Source of the DNA: Bugula neritina
Taxonomy: Eukaryota; Animalia; Bryozoa
Assembly (NCBI GenBank): GCA_964035545.1
Contig: OZ037767.1
Coordinates: 4,728,707 to 4,792,706 of the forward strand
Direction: 5' to 3'
Length of the DNA stretch: 64,000 nucleotides
Part shown: positions 25,001 to 34,000 of the stretch, piece by piece
Numbering within the stretch: the first letter of the stretch is position 1
Layout: every line of letters begins with the position of its first letter
The notes under the pieces: model-generated
What the model saw: the letters and a program-made list of their open reading frames with translations, nothing else
Told to the model about the DNA's origin: nothing
Databases searched by the model: none
Program-made: the position numbers and the translations under genes

Positions 25001-28000
25001 TGTGGACTGACCAAGAACAGTGTCTAGCTCCAGGTCTAACAGACCGTCGGCCATTACAGTGTCTTCATCGTCATTCACATGAAACGTGGTTCCCAGTAAT
25101 TCTGATTCAATCTGCTGAATTAGTTCAGAATTTACTGGCATCGAGCCCGTTTCCATGAATAGGAATACAAGACTTATACTGGCTTACCTGGGAACTCGGT
25201 ATTAATGTCCATACTCAACGTTCTTGGTAAGGTTGGAGCTGGTTGTGAGATACGTCTGCCTTTGGCGATGTCAGCATAAGAAAAGGCTGAGCATCGTTTC
25301 TGAGGCACGAGGTCGGAACTATTTGCTTTACGCGCATTAATTCCTCCCACTATTCCGCCCTCGCAAAAGTTGATATTTGCGTGGGGTTCACAACTCCAAC
25401 ATTTTATCGTACGGTTTTCCCCTCGACTTTCATGTGCGCCGCTTCTAATGCAGTCACATACGAAGTCTTTCAAATACGGTGGGGGTTTCCTCGTACGCTG
25501 TCCCCTTTCTAGGGGGGGTGACACGCTTGCCGGTTCGTTAGTAGGGGCCTCTAATGGCGTCTCTACTTCACCGTTAGCGGTCAGCTCTTCTTGTTCTCCG
25601 GATGGAGCCCCTCCCTCCGTGGGGGTTTGCACTTCCGGAACCGGCTCGGTTTCTGGAAGTGATGGAATTAGACTTGGCGGTGGCGGACACGCTTCTGTTG
25701 ACAAAAGCTGCCGCTCCTCTCTCACCAAGTTTTCCTCCCGCGGTATGACCACTTCGTATTCAGGTCCATGCCGCCGTCGCCCGCGCGTCGTTGTCTGCCT
25801 CCTGGGCTCTAACAACGGGGGGGGGGGCTTCTCCCACTCCGTCGGGGCTAGCCCAATACGGTTTCAAGCGAGACTCATTCTGGATAGACACCTGTCCTGA
25901 GCGCTCAATCTTGTACGTATGATTGGGCATAGCCTCGACGACCACGTAGGGGCCTACGAACTTAGGCTTCAGTTTATCAGCCTGTCCGCGACGCCTACGG
26001 TAATTGACCATCCACACCTTATCTCCCGTTTGATAGAGAGGTGGTTCATCGGAATCTTCGTGCCGCACCTTCCACTGCTGTTGACGCAGTATATCGTGTG
26101 CGGCCTTCATCCGTTCCACCAGTTCACTGGCATACTCGTGAACCGAGTTGTCTTGCTCTGGAACGTGATAGGTGAGATGGTCAGGGACACGAGTCTCTCT
26201 CCCGAGCATCAAGAGGTTTGGGGTCTCACCAGTACTGGTGTGTGGGGTGCTACGGTATGCACGCATGACTTGCGGCAACACCGTATCCCATTCCTCTTGA
26301 CCTCGTCCAAGGAGGAGACTTCGGAGTGCATCACCTAGCATCCGGTTGTTGCGCTCCACCACCCCGTTACCTTGAGGGTGGTAGGGGGTGGTCCTGCTCT
26401 GATTTACTCCCCAGAGGTGGCAAAGGTCGCTCATCAGTTGAGACTGGAATTGAGCGCCTTGATCAGAGTGTATCTGTTCGGGAAGCCCAAAATAACAGAA
26501 TACATGTTGGTCTAGTGCCCTGGCCACTGTTGGGGCTGATGCATCTGGGATAGCCAGAGCATCCGCCCACCTAGTAAAGTGGTCGGTTAGTACTAAGATC
26601 CAATTATTGCCTCTGGGGGTCAGGGGCATGGGTCCGACCAGGTCTACAGCGACTACTTGCCAGGGCCTACCAGCATATAGCCTCCGCCGTCCTGCTTCAC
26701 CAGGGGGGCGGCTATGCTTACTGGCCTGGCAGATCTCACACTGTTTGACTCTGAGCCGGACGTCACGCTCCATCTGCGGCCAATACCACCGGAGTCGTAA
26801 TTTGGATATCACTCGCTTGACCCCTGCGTGGGCCTGCTTGTGAGTATCCCAAATCAACTCACGGCGGATGGCTGTGGGGCAGACTACCCTCTTCCTTTCC
26901 GGGTGTCTGCCGCTGGCAGCTAGAGAGATGGTTAGCAACCCATCCTGCCCGATCCGCAGCGAGTCCCAACGCTGACAGTATAGCCGGAACTCGGCGCATC
27001 CCTGTCGTATGCGTTCCTCGCTGGGTCGTCGCCCTTCCCTTTTGGCCCGGTATATGTCTGCCACGACTCCAGGCAGCTCTTCTTGGAGCTTCTTCAGCTC
27101 TCGAACATTACCGGCCAGTACAGGGTTGGCGCGGAGGTTTTGTACATCCTCCGGGGACTCATCAACTCTTTGCCTGAGTTGACCTCGATCCCAGTCAAAC
27201 GGTGCTCCGTGATGAGCCAGCGTCTCCAACTCGCATCGTGGGGGACCTCCATCCCTCCTCTCGATGTTGAGACACTGTTTGCAACCTCCGTCAGGTCGGC
27301 GACTCAACCCATCCGCATTGCTGTGTCTCTTGCCCGGTCGATGTTCGATCCGGTATGAGAATTCAGCTAGGATTTCGAGCCACCGGGCGACCTGACTAGA
27401 GGGCTCTGCTCTCCTGCACAACCAGATCAGCGAGGCATGATCCGTACGCAGCCGGAACTTCCTGCCATATAGGTATGGTCTGAAGTGCTTCACTGACTTG
27501 ATTACTGCCAGCAGCTCCTTGCGGGTAGTGCAGTAATTTCGTTCAGCGGGAGAGAGAGACTTGCTGTAGTAGGCTACTACTACCTCTTGGCCTTCCTGCA
27601 CTTGTGACAGCACAGCGCCAACATTCTGGTCACTGGCGTCCATGTCTAGGATGTACTCCAGAGTGGGGTCTGGGTAGGCCAAGATGGGCGCCGTTAGTAG
27701 GCAGCCCTTGAGGCGGTCGAACGCTTCTTGTTCGACTGGAGTCCACTGCCACGTCACTCCCTTTGCGGTGAGCCGGTTTAACGGCTGGGCTATGCCCGCA
27801 AAGTCTGGTATGTATTGTCTGTAATACCCTACCAGCCCCAAGAAAGCCCGGAGTCCGGTCAGGTCTTGGGGGGTGACCCAGTCTTCTACTGCCCGCACCT
27901 TTTCGGGATCCGTTGCCACGCCGTTTCGACCGACAACGTGCCCCAGGTACTTGACCTCCGGCTGCAATAGAGCGCACTTGGAAGGTTTGAGCTTAAGACC

Positions 28001-31000
28001 GGCACCTCGGAGTCTCTCGAAAACCTCCTGCAGACGACTGACATGTGTCTCGAAGTCTGGAGAGATTACGATGACATCATCGAGGTAGACCAGCAGTGTC
28101 TTCCAATGGAGTCCGCTAAGGACTTGTTCCATCAGCCTCTGGAAGGTGGCTGGGGCGGAGGTTAACCCGAAGGGCAGCACCTTCCACTTCCACAAACCGT
28201 CCCGTGTGATAAACGCCGCTTTCTCTTGGGCGTCGGGACTCAGAGGAACCTGCCAATAGCCGCTTAGCAAGTCTAATGTACTGAAGTACTTGCTGCCGGC
28301 TAGGGCGTCCAATGACTCGTCAATACGAGGTAGAGGGTAGGCGTCCTGTATGGTTACGCTATTGAGTTTGCGGTAGTCCACACAGAACCGCCAACTGCCG
28401 TCTTTCTTCCGGACCAGTACGACTGGCGAGCTCCACGCACTATGGGCGGGCTCTATCAGTCTCCGGTCCAGAAGATCCCGTACTTGTCGGCTAACCTCCT
28501 TCTCTTTCTCCGGCCCCAGCCTGCGCGTGGGCTGCCGGACAGGGACTGTCCCTGCAGTCAGCGGTATTTCGTGTCTGACAATTCCAGTCAGTCCCACGTC
28601 ATGCTCTCCGCTGCTGAACACATCACCGTAGTCGCGTAGTAACTTGGCCATAGCTTGGCGTTCTCTGTTACTCGCGCAGCCGCCACTGGCTGTTTCGTAT
28701 AACTCCCGGAGATGTGTTGGGACTGCCCCTCGTCCCTGAATAGGGTGTCGAGGGGTTGCCTCCGTCGCGTCACCCAGCGACGGGCCCACGTCCTCTTCCT
28801 GGACGGAATGGAACCGGCCCAGCATTGACCCAGCTGGGAGCTCAATGGGCTCGGTAAAGGGGTTGACGCACTGCACTAAGACCTCCCCTCGCTCAGTTAG
28901 TCGGTTTAAACTACTGGCGAGTTGGATCCTTTCGTGCGCGCTTTCAACGACCCCGAGCCTGGCTATCCGGTTGCTGTTCACTCGGCAGTGGATAGTAGCT
29001 CTGGAGCGTCCGGGTACGGTGCAGTTTCGAACTACCTGAACACCGCCCACCAGAGGACGCCCAAACTTATCCACACAGGCGAGTTCTCGCCCGCCCATCA
29101 GCACCACCGACTTACTAAAATCTATTCGGCACTGGTGTTGCTTCAAGAAGGGCATTCCGAGGATAGCATCTTCCTCCAGTTGACCTATGATAAAGGTCTC
29201 CTGTACAGCCTGATCTCGGACACGCCCAGGGAGCTCGATAATACCATAAAAGGGGATACATGACCCGTCTTCCAGGGTGCCATGTTCTCCAGTATACGGT
29301 CGTACTCTATCCCTGTCCCGGCGGGGCAGTGCCTCAAAGACTCTACGACTGAGAAGGTTGGTAGTACAACCGGAGTCGAGCAGGAAAGTGACGGCGTTGC
29401 CAGCCACCTTTCCGGGTAGGAAATAGCTCTCTCCATGTGGTTGTACTTTCACCCCCCCGCATGTGCTGTCCTGGATTGACAGGACGGCGGGGGTTTCACC
29501 CGTGATTTACGGGGCTTCCGGCGGCGAGGTTGGTGCCGGCAGGGTTTGGGGCTCTCCACTGGGCCTTCTGGCTCCATTTCAGTGGCGGGCTCCTCTTCCC
29601 GAGGTAACCGGTGAAACCGGTTAGCGAGTGGCAGGGAGAAGGTACTGGGCCGTCGTGCGGGCCTACTAGTCCTGCGTGGTACCTGCCACTCGGGTGGAAT
29701 GTTCCGCCGTGTCCGTACGGACAGACGACGGCGTGTTCCACCATACTCCTTTAGTTGCGGCCCGCGGGGAGGGAGAGTGTCCGCGGGCCGTGACAGTTTA
29801 ACGCCCCCTGGTATTGGGGTCGTCCTTTCTGTCCCTGGTCCTGATCAGCGCTACTCCAGCCCTGCCCCACAGGTGTTGGGGGCACCCGCAGGGCCTGACC
29901 GGGGCCAGCACCGGCCAGAATGGTTACCAGTTGTCCCAGCATCTCTACCATACGGTCCACTTCAGCTTCCAGCGGGAGGGCTTCGGAGCCTGTCGTAGCC
30001 CTGGCAGCGCTGACTCCAACTACTGGTGGGTTCCTTTGTGCTCGATGCATTTGGGTAGCCAACAGGTAAGCTTCTCCAGCCTTCAGGGCATCCTCTATTC
30101 TGGTTATCCCTTTAGCTCGTAGGTGATGGTCTAGGCCCAGGTCGTTTAGTGACTGGACAAAGGCGTCATAGGTGTAACGCTCTTGGTGTTGTGCTGGCAG
30201 ATCACTATATGCAATCTGCGCCAGCTTCTTCACCGTCGCGGCATGTTCTTGCAGCGAGGTCTGCGGGGTGCGGCACAATCTCTCTAGCTTGGTCCTAGCG
30301 TCTATTACAGAGGTGCCAAAACGGGCCCGCAGCGCAGCCAGTATCCCGTCTACGTCCGTTCCCACTCCGTACGGCTTGGCTTGCTCCGTCACCGCTCTCC
30401 GCAATTGAATAAGGGCCACTCTATGCGGCCATTGAGCAACTTCCATTACCTCTCTAAATTCTTGTATAAATTGTTCGACATCTTCCGACCCAGTAAAGGT
30501 GGGAGCTTTCAAGCAATGTCTATAAGCTTCTTCTCCTTCACGATTCACAGGATTAACAGCATTTCTACGCTCACCTTCTACTGGGGGTGGTTGCATTCTA
30601 GCATTTTCAGTCTCCATCTTTGATATACACTATCCCACCGCTGCCACCACTGTTATAGTTTTCAGATTTAGGGTTGATGTGTCACCAAGAGAGTCTATTT
30701 ATCACTAGAGAAACTTCACCGAGTTAAGTCGAGTAGATATCGTTATATTTTAATACAAGAATACATAATAAAATCTAATGTACAACAGTAATGATACGCA
30801 CGTCTATTTAATTTACAGCACTATCCTCAACTGAGCTAGTAGCGCGAAGCGGCTACTATAACTTATAAAACAGCCTAGCTAATTGGCTAATACATTGTTC
30901 CGGGTCAATACGCAACCTTGCGTATTGTGTTGCTGGTAGCTCCACGAGCCACCACAGTATAACTGCTACAAGTAAAGCAATTGGTAAAACAATTGCAATT

Positions 31001-34000
31001 TATATTTTGCCTCTAGTATTTAATTTTTTCCTGTTATGTATTCCATAAATAATTTTATATAAAAACTGCATAAAAGCCTGGAAAGCATGAACATTGGAGA
31101 CTAGTTGTGCTTTTAAAACATTCTATATAGGCTATAGATTCATTTGGAAAATATTTAGAGAGATAAATATATTATTTCCAAAAAATAAAGGGACATAAAT
31201 GAGCAGAAGTGTGCGTGTATAAATACAACAACTTCACTTGATCAGAGAAATTAAATTTGGTAAAAAAAGAAAAGTTTATCAATTTATTCTTTTTCACACT
31301 TTTCCTACTAATTTTGCTACACAATACAATTAAAATAAATAACTAGGTATGATGTAGTAAGATGTGTAAATCTTTTCTAAAAGAAATTTTAGTTTTTTAA
31401 GTTATTTTTCTTTCATCAAGTATTAACTCCCACATAAACTCCTGCTTATAAGCATTTTCTGCCAGCTTTTTAGCAAAACCTTTGTCCATCATGCAGGTTT
31501 AAACACAATCTATTAGTACTGTAAAGGAGAACATTACATAAAATTTATACCATGATTGTAACAGAGTAGGAGACATAGCTCGATGGTCATTACTCTACTG
31601 AAGTTACTGTGGTACCTGTCTAGCACAGGTAGGCTGGAGGTGTCTTTATAGCATCCCAGGTTTTCATAGGAAATAGCCGACAATGTTGACTCTATTAAAT
31701 ATCACAGATACCTTATTTCATCATAGTTTACTACAGTATATTTTATCAAACAACTATCAGATTTACATGCTTAAAAATGTGTAAAATAGTTTAATTCCTA
31801 AATATGAATACACTTATAAATATTTTTTAATGTTAAGGAAATTAGCGTCTATTTAGCTGTATTAGAAATTAATGCTCATGTTAATTTATTTTCAACCAGT
31901 CTTGACAAATTCTAATGAATTTAAAGAATATCAGCTCTAAATTGAATGTTTTTATTTATTAATTTACTGTATAAACTATATGATATTTGACTGTAAAATG
32001 TAATGTCACAGTTTCAGTTTCTATATAAGACAGGTTTTATAATTAACTTCATACCTCACAATAACTGTATGATTATGTAAAATTGCCAATCAGTTATGAA
32101 ATATAACAAACAGTGGTGATATGGTAGCTTATAGGTCAGATGATTTATAAATAATACAATTCTTAGAATAACTAACTTGAATCAGTTTTTTCATAAATTG
32201 CATTGTTTTTATATCCTTCATTGGAGTTATCAGTTCCCTGGCTTTGTGTTGCACAACCAGTTTCTGAGCCCACAAACTTTGTTCCACAATAGCATTTAGA
32301 TTTATCAGTGAGTGCACCATACCTGAATTCTACAACATAGAAAAAATAGAAAACAGGCGAATCAACTAGTTTCAAATGGTGTCATCCCATTTAGTACAGT
32401 ATAATTAAAATTATATGTATTTTATGTGAAATTTATTTTAATATTATTAAAATATATGTATATTTAAATAAATTTGGATCAATTGTTTGTTATTTAGCAC
32501 ATAAATAAATTCCTTTCATCTGCGTTAACTTATTAATTTTGCAAAATAAAAAATAGCGTCCAAGTGGGAAGCTACCTGGGATGAAACCGTTTCAAATGTC
32601 TGAAACACATCATATCCACATTGAAGTTATCTGAGCACCACAACATGGAATTTGACAATAAACTTGGCATGAAAATTGGAACAGATGGTGCAGAGAAAGA
32701 TAGTCAAGGTTTTCCCTGTCATATTTTGCTATCAGAACACAAAATAATCTGTATAAAGTCCTTTTGGCCATCAGATGAACCTTGCTAATGTCATCATATA
32801 TCTTCTATGCTGGCATGGTGACAATAGCCTAGCACACTATGATTACAAGCTCACACACTGGTTGAAGGTCAGTAAATGTAATCTTGTAATAATCTATTAA
32901 AACGAATGCAAACTGTTCCACGCAGTGGTTTCCGCTTTCTTTGTTGATTAATTCTTTATTTTGAGTACATGAGACATTTTATTATATAATTTGAACTCAC
33001 TACATCAATTTTTTATAATACTTTTAATAATCTTCTATAAACTTTACACTTAACATAAAACAAAGTTTATGGACCTGTAGCTAGCATAGTTTATTATAGC
33101 GTGTTATGGATTTCAATGTCATAAGCCATGCTATTATAGGTGTCATCCTAGATAGACGCTTCCCAGTTAGACGCTATTTATTTATATTGGTAAAATATTT
33201 TATGTACAATTTATTTGAATGTTATTTAAATATATGCATATTTAAATAAAGTACGTATTGACCACATAAATAAATTTCTTTGATCTGCATTAACATATTA
33301 ATGTTACATATTATTTGCTTCTAGTTTTAACAGATATTTTTTTAATGAGTGTTCATTAATTAAAGATAATGTTTTTGATTAATATATTACTGTTTTTTTG
33401 TCTACACAAGTCTATAAAAATTAGAATATTATTCCAGGTAATTCATGTTAGCTATTATAGCTATTAGCATTATAGCTATTTAGCAATCAATGCAACAGTT
33501 ATATAGGTGTATATTATAGGTATATTACTATATAATTTTATGGTCCCAAAATAAAAAATGGAGTCTAACTGGGAAGCTTTTATTTGAGATGAAACCCTAT
33601 TATATACAATAGTTTTTTGCTCAACTCATTATGTATGAAATGTGCTTTATACATGCAATATGAACAAAACAACATTATCAGCTCTAACTTACTAGTACTA
33701 CATTACGGAGTTTCTTACCTTTGCCATAACATGCTTTTAAACACTGACCAACTTGACCCGGGCTTTCAGTATTTTTACCCTCAGCAGATAAGGGTAGTTT
33801 AATAAAGTTTTCTATCGTATTGTCTGTAAGGGATCCAACGCAATAGCTTCTATAACTGCCTAAATACAAATCAATTATTTTATAGAAGAAAGTACTCACT
33901 TACATGAGCTAACAAATTTGAAGCTGATATTTGACTCTCTCAATAAGCAGCTCCAAGTTGGAGGTGATATTTGACTCTCTCTATAAGCAGCTCCAAGTTG

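Larger units (their letters stand above)
23509..30956 (-). mobile_element. Full-length Ty3/Gypsy LTR retrotransposon
   Basis: Two 306-bp TG...CA LTRs, 4-bp TSD GTAT (23505-23508 and 30957-30960), PBS, PPT, gag, and pol in PR-RT-RH-IN order. The internal sequence is visibly more GC/CpG-rich than the host. Confidence 0.97.

Noticed and set aside
24083-25156. ORF3 as an envelope gene
   Set aside because: No signal peptide, transmembrane segment or fusion-peptide pattern.
29496-29744. 82-aa ORF in the gag frame after the stop (possible read-through)
   Set aside because: It ends before pol and is not in the pol frame. The -1 frameshift signal explains the junction better.
24105-30623. Numerous plus-strand ORFs inside the retrotransposon (e.g. 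25370-25900)
   Set aside because: Antisense shadows expected from GC-rich coding sequence; no recognisable motifs.
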